Positions 17,831 through 27,301 of a DNA stretch of 64,000 nucleotides are shown one piece after another. The notes below the pieces were generated by a model, which saw nothing but the letters and a program-made list of their open reading frames with translations, had not been told where the DNA came from and made no database searches. The position numbers and the translations under genes are program-made. Within the stretch, counting starts at the first letter, position 1. Each line of letters begins with the position of its first letter. The stretch lies in contig JAFXVP010000070.1 of NCBI GenBank assembly GCA_017524445.1, positions 30,760 to 94,759 on the forward strand. The letters run 5' to 3'. Origin of the DNA: Clostridia bacterium. GTDB taxonomy: Bacteria > Bacillota > Clostridia > Christensenellales > CAG-138.

Positions 17831-19135
17831 ATGAAGAGATTTTTTGCGATCGTTCTTTGTCTGCTGATGGTAACGGCGCTCTTTGCGTGCAAGACGCAGG
17901 AAACGGAACAACCCGCAGAACAGCCTGTTGAACAGTCCGCAGAGCAGCCCGCAGAGCAGCCTGCGGAGCAGCCCGCGGAGCAACCCGCCGATCAGCCCGC
18001 CGAACCGGCTGCGGAAGGTCTGGACATCAAGGTCGGCTTCATCTGCCTGCATGACGAGAACTCCACCTACGACCTGAACTTCATCAATGCTGCAAAGGCG
18101 GCATGCGCAACGCTCGGCATTCCCGAGGGCAACTACATCATCAAGACCAACATCCCCGAAGGCAAAGAGTGCTACGAGACCGCTGCCGACATGGCGGACT
18201 CCGGCTGCAAGATCATCTTCGCGGACAGCTTCGGTCATGAGGACTTCATGATCCAGGCGGCAAAGGAATTCCCGGACGTTCAGTTCTGCCACTCCACCGG
18301 CACCAAGGCGCACACCGAGAATCTTCCGAACTACCACAATGCGTTCGCGGCGATCTATGAAGGCCGTTATCTCGCGGGCATCGCGGCGGGCATGAAGCTC
18401 AAGGAGATGCTTGACGAGGGCAAGATCACCGAAGACCAACTCAAGATCGGCTACGTCGGCGCGTTCACCTATGCAGAGGTCGTTTCCGGCTACACGTCCT
18501 TCTTCCTCGGCGTCAAGTCCATCGTCCCGACCGTCACGATGGAGGTCACCTTCACCGGCTCCTGGTACGATGAGACCGCTGAAAAGGAAGGCGCAGTCAA
18601 GCTGATCAACAACGGCTGCGTGCTCATCAGCCAGCATGCTGACTCCATGGGCGCACCGTCTGCTTGCGAGAGCGCGGGCGTTCCGAACGTTTCCTACAAC
18701 GGCAGCACCATCTCCGTCGGCCCGAACACCTACATCGTTTCTTCCCGCATCAACTGGGAGCCGTACTATGAGTACGCGATCAAGGCGGCTGCGGCAGGCG
18801 AAGCGATCCCGGCAGACTGGACCGGCACGATCGAGACCGGCTCCGTCCAGCTCTTCGAGCTGAACGACGCGGTCGCCGCAAAGGACACGCAGGCGGCGAT
18901 CGACGCGGCGATGGCGGCGCTCAAGGCGGGCACGCTGCACGTTTTTGACACCTCGACCTTCACCAAGGACGGCGCAACGCTTACCAGCTATCTGGCGGAC
19001 GTTGATACCGACCCGGCGTTCACCCCGGACACCGAAGTCATCAGCGACGGTTACTTCCACGAGTCCGAATTCCGCAGCGCACCGTATTTCGATATCCAGA
19101 TCGACGGCATTACGCTGCTGAATATGGCATTCTGA
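17831..19135 (+). CDS. BMP-family ABC transporter substrate-binding lipoprotein (second, divergent paralog)
   Basis: Lipobox LFAC, then a (QPAE)x8 linker, then a BMP/TmpC-like body (KVGFICLHDENSTYDLNF...YEGRYLAGIAAG). GGAGG RBS upstream. Confidence 0.85.
   Translation: MKRFFAIVLCLLMVTALFACKTQETEQPAEQPVEQSAEQPAEQPAEQPAEQPADQPAEPAAEGLDIKVGFICLHDENSTYDLNFINAAKAACATLGIPEGNYIIKTNIPEGKECYETAADMADSGCKIIFADSFGHEDFMIQAAKEFPDVQFCHSTGTKAHTENLPNYHNAFAAIYEGRYLAGIAAGMKLKEMLDEGKITEDQLKIGYVGAFTYAEVVSGYTSFFLGVKSIVPTVTMEVTFTGSWYDETAEKEGAVKLINNGCVLISQHADSMGAPSACESAGVPNVSYNGSTISVGPNTYIVSSRINWEPYYEYAIKAAAAGEAIPADWTGTIETGSVQLFELNDAVAAKDTQAAIDAAMAALKAGTLHVFDTSTFTKDGATLTSYLADVDTDPAFTPDTEVISDGYFHESEFRSAPYFDIQIDGITLLNMAF
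17909..18004 (+). repeat. In-frame 12-bp tandem repeat (8 units) encoding (QPAE)n
   Basis: cagcccgcagag-type units. This is the same repeat family as 8163..8258. Confidence 0.95.
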
Positions 19136-19148
19136 TCGAAAACCCTGT

Positions 19149-19183
19149 ATCGGGCTGTCACAAGGCAGCCCGATCTTTTATTT
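19149..19183 (+). terminator. Intra-operon hairpin after SBP gene 2
   Basis: atcgggctg-tcacaagg-cagcccgat followed by cttttattt. Confidence 0.55.
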
Positions 19184-19303
19184 CGCCGTATGTGAAAAAT
19201 GTTCGTTTGTGCGTCTGACGGAATTTACAAACGAAACGATATATGATACAATCATAAAAAAGAATGGGCGGGGAGGTCCCCCGCGATCCGACAGAAAGGA
19301 TGG

Positions 19304-20908
19304 ATGACCTTGGAAGCAGTAAGATGCGCCGTCAGAATGGAAGGCATCACGAAGCATTTCGGAAGCGTGGTCGCCAACCGGAACATCAATCTGGAGCTGC
19401 ATGAGGGCGAGATCCTTTCGCTGCTGGGAGAGAACGGCAGCGGGAAGACCACGCTGATGAACATGCTGTCCGGGATCTATTATCCGGACGAAGGGCAGAT
19501 CTATATCCACGATCAGCCGGTAACGATCAAATCGCCGAAGGACGCTTTTGACTGCGGGATCGGCATGATCCATCAGCATTTCAAGCTTGTCGACGTGTTT
19601 ACGGCAACGGAAAACATCATCCTCGGCCTGCATGAACAGGGGGCGCTGAATCTGAAACGCGCCGCAAACAAGATCCGCGAGATCAGCGAACGCTACGGCT
19701 TTGACATCGACCCGAATCAAAAGGTTTATAACATGTCTGTTTCGCAGAAGCAGACCGTCGAGATCATCAAGGTGCTGTACCGCGGCGCGGATATTCTGAT
19801 CCTGGACGAGCCGACGGCGGTGCTGACGCCGCAGGAGACCGACAAGCTCTTTGCCGTCATGCGCAACATGCAGAAGGACGGCAAGTCGCTGATCATCATC
19901 ACGCATAAGCTGCACGAGGTGCTTGATGTTTCCGACCGCGTCGCGATCCTCAGAAAAGGCGAGTATATCGGCGACGTTCTTACGAAGGACGCGAACCAGC
20001 AGTCGCTCACCGATATGATGGTGGGACGTGCGGTGAGTCTGAACATCGATCGCCCGCAGGCGGAGGTGATCACAGAACGGCTGCGCGTCGAGCATCTGAC
20101 CGTGAAGGACGCCGAGGGCGTCAAGCGGCTCAAAGACGTCAGCTTTTCCGCGAACGCGGGCGAGATCCTCGGCATCGCGGGCATCGCGGGCAGCGGACAG
20201 CGCGAGCTTCTGGAAGCGATCGCGGGATTGCAGACGATCGAACCGGAAAGCAGGATCATCTATATCGATCCGGACGCCGGTGAAGAAAAGATCATCAACG
20301 GCATGGATCCGCTGAAGATCATCCGGTCGGGCATTCTGCTTTCGTTCGTGCCGGAGGATCGCTTCGGCATGGGACTTGTCGGCAGCATGAGCATCGCCGA
20401 CAACGTCATGCTGAGAAGCTATCGGAAGGGACACGGCAATCCGTTTCTGAACTTCCGATACCCGAAAAAGCTTGCAAACAAGATCGTCAACGATCTCGAG
20501 GTGGTCACGCCGAACGTCGATAAGATCCCGCTGCGGCGGCTCTCGGGCGGCAATGTGCAGAAGGTCCTGGTCGGCCGCGAGATCGAGCAGAGCCCGACGG
20601 TACTGATGACGGCATACGCGGTGCGCGGTCTGGACATCAACACTTCATACACCATCTATAAACTGCTGACCGAGCAGAAGATGCAAGGCGTAGCCGTGAT
20701 CTACGTCGGAGAGGACCTGGACGTGCTGCTCGAGCTTTGCGACCGCATCCTCGTGCTGTGCGGCGGACAGGTTTCCGGCGTCGTCGACGCGCGTTCCGTT
20801 ACCAAGGAGCAGATCGGTCTGATGATGACGCAGTTCAGGAAAAAGAGTGAGACGGAGGAAGATCTGTCCGGTACAGCCGAAGCGAAGGAGGCCGCGCATG
20901 AAGAGTAA
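19304..20908 (+). CDS. ABC transporter ATP-binding protein with duplicated ATPase domains
   Basis: GENGSGKTT Walker A, MSVSQKQTVEI signature and a second signature LSGGNVQK; 534 aa. Confidence 0.9.
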   Translation: MTLEAVRCAVRMEGITKHFGSVVANRNINLELHEGEILSLLGENGSGKTTLMNMLSGIYYPDEGQIYIHDQPVTIKSPKDAFDCGIGMIHQHFKLVDVFTATENIILGLHEQGALNLKRAANKIREISERYGFDIDPNQKVYNMSVSQKQTVEIIKVLYRGADILILDEPTAVLTPQETDKLFAVMRNMQKDGKSLIIITHKLHEVLDVSDRVAILRKGEYIGDVLTKDANQQSLTDMMVGRAVSLNIDRPQAEVITERLRVEHLTVKDAEGVKRLKDVSFSANAGEILGIAGIAGSGQRELLEAIAGLQTIEPESRIIYIDPDAGEEKIINGMDPLKIIRSGILLSFVPEDRFGMGLVGSMSIADNVMLRSYRKGHGNPFLNFRYPKKLANKIVNDLEVVTPNVDKIPLRRLSGGNVQKVLVGREIEQSPTVLMTAYAVRGLDINTSYTIYKLLTEQKMQGVAVIYVGEDLDVLLELCDRILVLCGGQVSGVVDARSVTKEQIGLMMTQFRKKSETEEDLSGTAEAKEAAHEE

Positions 20909-22079
20909 AAGCCGGTTCATACTCCCGTTCGGGATCCATATCGCAAAGCGCGACGGTATTCCTTCCTGGAAACGTTGGCTGATCCGTGCAGCCGCGATCC
21001 TGATCGCGCTGCTTCTGTGCGCGATCATCACGATCGTGATCACCAAGCTGAATCCCGCGGACGTGCTTAAAAGCATGATCAACGGAACCTTCGGCTCTGC
21101 GCGAAAGGCGTGGAAGACGGTCTATTACGTCGTGATCCTGCTCGGCATCTCGCTGGCGGTCACACCCGCGTTCAAGATGCGCTTCTGGAACATCGGCGCG
21201 GAGGGACAGGTCCTGATCGGCGCGTTCGCCGCCGCCGCCTGCATGTTCTATGCGGGAAGAATGCCGTTCTTCAACGATCCGGGCGTTTCCATGCAGGTCA
21301 AGAACCTGATCGTTATCCCGTGCATGGTGATCGCTGCGATCGCAGCCGGCGCGCTGTGGGGCTTTTTGCCCGCATTCTTCAAGTCGCGGTGGAACACGAA
21401 TGAAACGCTGTTCACGCTGATGATGAATTACGTCGCGATCCAGCTTGTCAAGTTTATGATCGCCTATCGCGAGTTTCCCAAGCTGTATCAATGGTCCTCG
21501 AACGGCACGTCCGTCGGTACGATCAACGCGGGTTTCCAGTCGGTCGGAATCGGAACGTTCCAGAAGATCGGCGAACAGTCCGGTACACAGTACGTATACC
21601 CGATCGTTTGCATCGGTTTGCTGACGCTGCTGATCTTCCTGTATCTCAAATACAGCAAGCACGGCTATGAGATCGCAGTCGTCGGCGAAAGCGAGCGTAC
21701 GGCAAGCTACGCGGGCATCAAAGTCAACCGCGTGATCGTCCGTACGATGATCCTTTCCGGCGCGCTTTGCGGTCTGGTGGGCTTTCTGATCGTTGCCGCG
21801 GAAGGCACGGTTTCGTCAGACGTCGTGGACGGACGCGGCTACACCGCGGTCATGGTTTCCTGGATGTCGCAGTTCAACCCGTTCGGCATGATCTTCTCGT
21901 CGCTGCTGCTGGTGTTCATGCAGTTCGGCGCGAAGGAGGTCGTCATGCCCGACGGCGTCAGCCTCGATAAAAACTTCGCGAATATGCTGATGGCGATCAT
22001 CCTGTTCTTCATCATCGGGTGCGAATTCTTCATCACATACAAGCTGCAGGTCAGCCGGCATAAGAAGAGGGAGGAATAA
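20898..22079 (+). CDS. ABC transporter permease
   Basis: Polytopic membrane protein. ATG 20898 overlaps the ATPase 3' end. The earlier part of ORF 20847.. is an out-of-gene extension. Confidence 0.85.
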   Translation: MKSKSRFILPFGIHIAKRDGIPSWKRWLIRAAAILIALLLCAIITIVITKLNPADVLKSMINGTFGSARKAWKTVYYVVILLGISLAVTPAFKMRFWNIGAEGQVLIGAFAAAACMFYAGRMPFFNDPGVSMQVKNLIVIPCMVIAAIAAGALWGFLPAFFKSRWNTNETLFTLMMNYVAIQLVKFMIAYREFPKLYQWSSNGTSVGTINAGFQSVGIGTFQKIGEQSGTQYVYPIVCIGLLTLLIFLYLKYSKHGYEIAVVGESERTASYAGIKVNRVIVRTMILSGALCGLVGFLIVAAEGTVSSDVVDGRGYTAVMVSWMSQFNPFGMIFSSLLLVFMQFGAKEVVMPDGVSLDKNFANMLMAIILFFIIGCEFFITYKLQVSRHKKREE

Positions 22080-22083
22080 GGGT

Positions 22084-23040
22084 ATGTGGAGTTTTCTGAC
22101 GTCTTTCATTCCGAGAGCGCTTATGCAGGCGATGCCGCTTCTGTACGGAAGTACCGGCGAGATCCTGACGGAGAAATCCGGCAACCTGAACCTCGGCATT
22201 CCGGGCATCATGTTCATCGGCGCGATCACCGGCGTTTCCGGTGCGTTCATCTATGAACACTCGGTTCCCGCGGGGCAGATGATCGGGATTCTGGCTGTGC
22301 TGATCCCGCTGATGAGCTGCCTGATCGGATCGTTTCTGATGGGGCTTCTGTACTGCTTCCTGACGGTCACGCTTCGCGCCAATCAAAACGTCACCGGTCT
22401 TTCGCTGACGATCTTCGGCACCGGCGTCGCGCAGTTCCTGGGCGGCTCGCTGATCAAGCTCACACATGCGCAGGAAGCGGGCGTCGCGAGCATGACGATC
22501 ACGGAAACAGTCAAATATTACAGCAACGGCAATGTTCCGGGTTGGCTTGCGTATTCCGCTGTCGCCATTGCGATCCTCGCCGCGCTTTTTCTGAAATACA
22601 CGCGCACGGGCATGCAGCTTCGCGCAGTCGGTGAAAACCCGGCGACCGCGGACGCCGCGGGCATCAACGTAACGCGGTATAAATATCTTGCGACGATCGT
22701 GGGCAGTATGATCGCAGGTCTCGGCGGGCTGTGCTTCGTCATGGAATGCGCGCACGGCACGTGGTCCGAGCCGAGGATCGACCAGATCGGCTGGCTTGCG
22801 ATCGCCCTGGTCATCTTCACGACGTGGCGGCCGGCCATCAGCATTCCGGCTTCGATCATGTTCGGCGGTCTGCTGATCCTGAGCGAGCACCTGAATCCGC
22901 CGATCGGCATCAAGGAGCTGTACACCTTGATCCCGTACGTGGTCACGCTCGTCGTGCTGATCATCGTCTCTTTACGCAAAAAGCGCGAAAACCTCCCGCC
23001 GCAAAGCCTGGGGCTTGCGTACTTCCGGGAGGAGAGATAG
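22084..23040 (+). CDS. ABC transporter permease
   Basis: Polytopic membrane protein, last gene of BMP operon 2. Confidence 0.85.
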   Translation: MWSFLTSFIPRALMQAMPLLYGSTGEILTEKSGNLNLGIPGIMFIGAITGVSGAFIYEHSVPAGQMIGILAVLIPLMSCLIGSFLMGLLYCFLTVTLRANQNVTGLSLTIFGTGVAQFLGGSLIKLTHAQEAGVASMTITETVKYYSNGNVPGWLAYSAVAIAILAALFLKYTRTGMQLRAVGENPATADAAGINVTRYKYLATIVGSMIAGLGGLCFVMECAHGTWSEPRIDQIGWLAIALVIFTTWRPAISIPASIMFGGLLILSEHLNPPIGIKELYTLIPYVVTLVVLIIVSLRKKRENLPPQSLGLAYFREER

Positions 23041-23047
23041 TAATTCG

Positions 23048-23080
23048 AAAAGGGCCGCTCGAAAGAACGGTCCTTTTTTC
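23048..23080 (+). terminator. Rho-independent terminator of BMP operon 2
   Basis: aaaagggccg ... cggtcctttttt. Confidence 0.75.
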
Positions 23081-23139
23081 CGGGAAAAAAGTCCGATGAA
23101 GTTCACAGTTCAAAAAAAGGAATTCGGCAGCGAACGGCG

Positions 23140-23320
23140 TATATATAATCAGATTGATTATTAATTAAATAGATCGATATAGATTACATGGATATAGATT
23201 ATACAGAATCAGATGTAATTATATCGGTATAGTTCATAATCAGTATGATCAAGAAGATACATAACGCCTCCCCCATACAATCAGGGGAGGCGTTATGATA
23301 TAATTACAATATCTTTACGG
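23140..23320. other. AT-rich, repeat-bearing intergenic island between convergent operons
   Basis: I hand-counted 13/60 G+C on line 23161-23220. An 11-bp direct repeat gatatagatta occurs twice (23176, 23191). Three aatcag(a)t motifs are present, one of them the palindrome aatca-gat-tgatt. Confidence 0.7.
23261..23295 (-). terminator. Perfect 13-bp hairpin, probable terminator of the ade operon
   Basis: ataacgcctcccc-atacaatca-ggggaggcgttat. Confidence 0.6.
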
Positions 23321-23330
23321 TGATGAGCTT

Positions 23331-23930
23331 TCAGTCCTGAAACCGACTCAAAGATTCGCCGTTCAGCCAGCGGACCAGTTCAGGCGGGGTGTCCGGGACG
23401 TTGACGGTCGTGAAGGTCGTACGCTTCGGCACCATGCTTTCCGGGTCGTCGCTTTCGGCCCAGACGACGCGCTGCAGGACCTTTTTCCCGCATTGTGAGA
23501 TGTCGCCTTCGGGCAGCTCGTCGATCTGCAGCAGGATCGAGGCATGCTTCTGGTCCGAGCTCCAGCGTCCGAAATTCGTCGTCGGGTGCTTCCAGAGCCA
23601 TTGCATCCGCCGTCCGCCGTCCTCGCTTTTGACGCGCTTGAGGTAACCGTTATGGATATCCTGCGTGCAGCGCATCAGCCAGATCACGTGGTAGCCGGCT
23701 TTCTGGAACAATTCGCACACGTCGAAGAATGACGCTTCCATGAGAAGTCCGTCCTGCATCATCATGGCGTTGTGCCCCACAAGGAGATAGACTTCGTGCG
23801 TCACGCCGTCGAGGGTAATGGGCACGTTGCGGCATTCCGGCGGAAACAGCGCCATCCACTGCGCGCGCCAATCATCCTTTGACGACTGTATAAATTCCTT
23901 TTTCTTACGAAACAGACACATGGGATTCAC
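23331..23930 (-). CDS. Hypothetical protein (199 aa, Trp-rich, no domain recognised), start overlaps the adenine deaminase stop
   Basis: Long ORF on the ade strand with native-looking composition. GTG 23930 overlaps the ade stop (GTGA); an alternative ATG lies at 23921. Confidence 0.6.
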   Translation of the reverse strand: MNPMCLFRKKKEFIQSSKDDWRAQWMALFPPECRNVPITLDGVTHEVYLLVGHNAMMMQDGLLMEASFFDVCELFQKAGYHVIWLMRCTQDIHNGYLKRVKSEDGGRRMQWLWKHPTTNFGRWSSDQKHASILLQIDELPEGDISQCGKKVLQRVVWAESDDPESMVPKRTTFTTVNVPDTPPELVRWLNGESLSRFQD

Positions 23931-25636
23931 CGTTCGCTTTGATATAGAAAACTCATGGTGCGTACATCAAACAGCCCGCAGTCGGTCAGCCGCACCTCGG
24001 GAATGACCGGCAGCGCAAGGAAAGAAAGGAGCACGAGGGGATCGCAGGCGTCGTCCGTACCGAGCGCGTGCGCGGCGGAAAGCAGTTCGCGCTGCTTCTC
24101 GAGGACGGTTTCGACCGGCGCGTCGCTCATGAGCCCCGCGACGGGAAGCTCCAGAAGCGCCTTGACCTCGCCGTGCGAGACGACCGTGAAACCGCCGCCG
24201 CAGGTTTGCAGCGTTTCCGCCGCGAAGAGCATGTCGTCGTCATTGTCGCCGACGACCACGATGTTGTGCGAATCGTGCGCGACCGTCGCCGCGATCGCGC
24301 CGCCCTTCACGTGCATGCCTTCGACGATACCGACGCCGACATTCCCGGTCGCGTGATGGCGCTCGATGACGGCAAGCTTGTTGAGCCCGTCGTCCGGGAT
24401 GAAGTATCCGTCCTCGTCGGTCGGCACGATGCCGGTGACGAGCCGCGTCACGAGCTGATGCGGAACGGTCTCAATGATCGGCATGAACGGCTTTGCCTTG
24501 AGCCGCAGATCGTCCTTTGTGACCGGCGCGGCGTGAACGCTGTTCTTCACGCTTTCGGGGACCGCGGGGGAGGGGATCGGCGCGCCCGGGTCGATGAGCC
24601 TGCCGTTTGCGAAGACTGCTTTCGGCTCGATCGTATGCAGATCGTCGAACAGGATAAAGTTCGCGCGATACCCCGGTGCGATCGCGCCGACGCGCCGGAG
24701 ACCGAACGCCGTCGCGGTGTTGAGCGTCGCCATGCGGATCGCGTCGAGCGGACGGATCCCGCGGGAGATCGCGGTATTGACGATGTGGTTGATGTGCCCT
24801 TCGGAACGAATGTTCTCCAGGTGCTTGTCGTCGGTGCAGAAGCAGATGCGGTCGGTGGGAAGTCCCTCCGAAACGAGCCCGTCGAGCATCTCGGTCACGC
24901 CGTTCGCCGCCGAGCCCATGCGAATGAGGATGTACATGCCGTTGCGCAGCTTTTCCTTGAGCTCCGCGAAGTTCGAGCATTCATGGTCGGTGCGCGGACC
25001 GGCGAGGCAGTAGGCGTTCAGCGCCTTGCCGGTCAGCATCGGCGCGTGTCCGTCGATCGGCCGGTCAAAGAAGCACTGCAGCTTGAAGATCATTTCCGGC
25101 GCGGAGGAGACGACCGAGGGGTAGTCCATCACTTCGCCGAGCCCGACCACGTTCGGCTCGTCCATAAACGCGGCGAGATCCTTGGCGGAAAGCGTCGCGC
25201 CGCTGTGCTCGAACGGCGTTGCGGGCACGCAGCTCGGCAGCATGAAGTGAATGTCCAGCGGGAGGTCCTTTGAAAGCGCCATGATTGCGGAAAGGCCCTC
25301 CTTGCCCGCGACATTCGCGATCTCGTGCGGGTCGGCGACGATCGTGGTCGTGCCCTTCGGCAGAATCACCTGCGCAAAAGAAGCGGGCGTGACCATCGAG
25401 CTTTCGATGTGTACATGCCCGTCGATGAACCCCGGCGCAAGGTACGCGCCGTGGGCGTTGTATTCGTTTTCACAGGAGTAATTGCCGACGCCGATGACCG
25501 TATCGCCCGAGATCGCCACGTTCGTTTGTATGATCTCATTGGTGAAGACGTTGATCACGCGCGCGTCGCGGATCACAAAGTCCGGTTTGCCCTTGCATGC
25601 GGCGGAGATCAGCCGGGAAAGATCGCCTGCGTTCAT
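23927..25636 (-). CDS. ade: Adenine deaminase
   Basis: 569 aa with APGFIDGHVHIESSMVTP metal-binding motif and family-typical architecture. Confidence 0.92.
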   Translation of the reverse strand: MNAGDLSRLISAACKGKPDFVIRDARVINVFTNEIIQTNVAISGDTVIGVGNYSCENEYNAHGAYLAPGFIDGHVHIESSMVTPASFAQVILPKGTTTIVADPHEIANVAGKEGLSAIMALSKDLPLDIHFMLPSCVPATPFEHSGATLSAKDLAAFMDEPNVVGLGEVMDYPSVVSSAPEMIFKLQCFFDRPIDGHAPMLTGKALNAYCLAGPRTDHECSNFAELKEKLRNGMYILIRMGSAANGVTEMLDGLVSEGLPTDRICFCTDDKHLENIRSEGHINHIVNTAISRGIRPLDAIRMATLNTATAFGLRRVGAIAPGYRANFILFDDLHTIEPKAVFANGRLIDPGAPIPSPAVPESVKNSVHAAPVTKDDLRLKAKPFMPIIETVPHQLVTRLVTGIVPTDEDGYFIPDDGLNKLAVIERHHATGNVGVGIVEGMHVKGGAIAATVAHDSHNIVVVGDNDDDMLFAAETLQTCGGGFTVVSHGEVKALLELPVAGLMSDAPVETVLEKQRELLSAAHALGTDDACDPLVLLSFLALPVIPEVRLTDCGLFDVRTMSFLYQSER

Positions 25637-25669
25637 GGTTCACTGCGCCTCGATTCCTGCATTTTTTTC

Positions 25670-25698
25670 AGTATACCACAAGAATCGCCGCGCGTAAA
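25670..25698 (-). promoter_or_regulatory. Putative promoter for ade, TTTACG-17 nt-TATACT with a TGn extension (minus strand)
   Basis: The reverse complement of 25670-25698 reads tttacg-N17-tatact, preceded by tgg. Confidence 0.45.
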
Positions 25699-25701
25699 TC
25701 C

Positions 25702-26094
25702 TCAAAGCAGATTATTCCACGAAAAAAGTTCGATCCCTTCGATACGTTCCAGGACGGAGCGCGCCTCAGCAAGCGCTTCGACCGCCGCGCAGACGTCCTT
25801 TGCGCGGACGGACAGGTCGGCGACCGCAAAACAGGCGTCGAGCGAATCCACGCTCGCGTGGTTCAAAAAGCGTTCAAGCACCGGCATCCGATCGCGGGTC
25901 AGCTCCCGTAGCGCGGCGCAGTACGGCGCCGCGGCTTCCGTGTCGCCCGCAAGCAGCGCGTTTTCCGCCTGCCCGATCCAGTCGTCCGCCTGCGCGGAAA
26001 AGTCCCTGAGGATCGCGGAGGGCAGCAGAAACAGCATCACAAGGAAGCAGCAGATCAAAATCGTCATCGTCGTCCGAAATATCGTAAAGCCCAT
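25702..26094 (-). CDS. DUF4363 family protein
   Basis: 130 aa with an N-terminal TM and a helical body, in the canonical position downstream of a DUF421 gene. Confidence 0.65.
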   Translation of the reverse strand: MGFTIFRTTMTILICCFLVMLFLLPSAILRDFSAQADDWIGQAENALLAGDTEAAAPYCAALRELTRDRMPVLERFLNHASVDSLDACFAVADLSVRAKDVCAAVEALAEARSVLERIEGIELFSWNNLL

Positions 26095-26103
26095 ACGTCC
26101 TCC

Positions 26104-26808
26104 TTATTCGTTGGTAAAGCTCATGACCCGGCTGCCGTTTCTGCGGTCCAGCTGCACGTGCAGCTCGCCGTCGCCGTTCATCTGCGCGAAAAAGACGTTT
26201 TTGAGCGCAAGCCCGTGATTTTTCAGCATCGTCTCCACGTCCTTTCTTTCAAGATGCAGCGTTTCCAATCCGCTTTTCTGGACCTTTCCTTCGAGGATCA
26301 GAAGATGACTGAGCGCCGCGGAGCCGGGCTCGAGATTCAGCTCCCGTTTGTTCGGCTGCTGAAACGCCGCTTTTTGCAGGATGCTCACCGTGCCGTTCGT
26401 TTCGAGGATCGCGTAGGCGACCTCGCCGACGTCGAAGATATCCTTCGCGCGGAGACTGTCCAGGAGATCGCGCACGGTGTAGTTCGTGCGCTGCATGATC
26501 TTCTCCTGCAAAACGCCGTCGAGGATCAGAATCTGCGGCGTTCCGCAGATCAGCCGCCGGACGGGGGAGAATTTCAGACACAGCTTCGCGATCACCTGCT
26601 GCACGAGGTACAGGGCAAGGATCGGCACGACGCTGTACAGAAGCGGAATGTCCGTATCCGCGATCGCCGTGCTCGCAAGGTCGGCGATGATCAACGTCAT
26701 CAACAGGTCGTACGGCTGCAGATCGCTCACCTGGCGCTTGCCGGTAAGCCGCAGGATCAGCAGCACGAATAGGTCCAGAAAGACCGCGCGTAAAAACAGT
26801 GTCAGCAT
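26104..26808 (-). CDS. DUF421 (YetF-like) membrane protein; the start is uncertain (the ORF extends to 26862)
   Basis: LRLTGKRQVSDLQPYDLLMTLIIADLAS and the following soluble domain are typical of DUF421. Confidence 0.75.
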   Translation of the reverse strand: MLTLFLRAVFLDLFVLLILRLTGKRQVSDLQPYDLLMTLIIADLASTAIADTDIPLLYSVVPILALYLVQQVIAKLCLKFSPVRRLICGTPQILILDGVLQEKIMQRTNYTVRDLLDSLRAKDIFDVGEVAYAILETNGTVSILQKAAFQQPNKRELNLEPGSAALSHLLILEGKVQKSGLETLHLERKDVETMLKNHGLALKNVFFAQMNGDGELHVQLDRRNGSRVMSFTNE

Positions 26809-26983
26809 ACGAAAAGGATGCGCAGGAGAGAATGAAACCATACGGAGCAGTTGACGTATCACGAAAAATGATATATACTATTTATAATCCGTAAAAGGAA
26901 AAAAAGGAATCGTGTCGAATATTATAGTAAGAGGGAGAGAATGAGATGTTATCTTTCTTTCCGGAAGAATGGAGGTTTGGGCT

Positions 26984-27283
26984 ATGTCATTTGAAGGAGG
27001 ATCGGCTCTGTCGTCGACGCTGATCACGTTTCTTCTGGGACTCGGGATCGTCTTTATCGGACTGATCGCGCTGATCGCGATCATAAAGATCATGGGCGCG
27101 ATCATGCGTGCCGTCGGCAAGAAAAAACCGGAACCGGTTTCGGAATCCGCCGCACAGGTCACAAGGACCGAGCCGGAAGGCGACATGGGCGAGATCAAGG
27201 CGGCGGTCGCCGCGGCGCTTGCAACGATGCTGGGCGACAGCGTCAAAGGCATCAGGATCGTATCGTTTAAGAAATTGGATTGA
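26984..27283 (+). CDS. oadG: Na+-translocating decarboxylase gamma subunit (OadG family)
   Basis: Single TM (LITFLLGLGIVFIGLIALIAII) followed by a charged tail. GGAGG RBS lies 8 nt upstream. First gene of the decarboxylase cluster. Confidence 0.75.
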   Translation: MSFEGGSALSSTLITFLLGLGIVFIGLIALIAIIKIMGAIMRAVGKKKPEPVSESAAQVTRTEPEGDMGEIKAAVAAALATMLGDSVKGIRIVSFKKLD

Positions 27284-27301
27284 AATAAGGGGGAAGAAAC
27301 C

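Noticed and set aside
23188-23232. Mini-ORFs in the AT-rich island (MDIDYTESDVIISV on the + strand, and a 17-aa ORF on the - strand) as possible toxin or leader peptides
   Set aside because: No RBS is present, the ORFs are very short and not hydrophobic, and the composition is low-complexity. Nothing supports translation.
25637-25701. Purine riboswitch upstream of adenine deaminase
   Set aside because: The leader is only ~65 nt and is largely taken up by a promoter-like TTTACG-17-TATACT. There is no room for a ~70-nt aptamer plus an expression platform.
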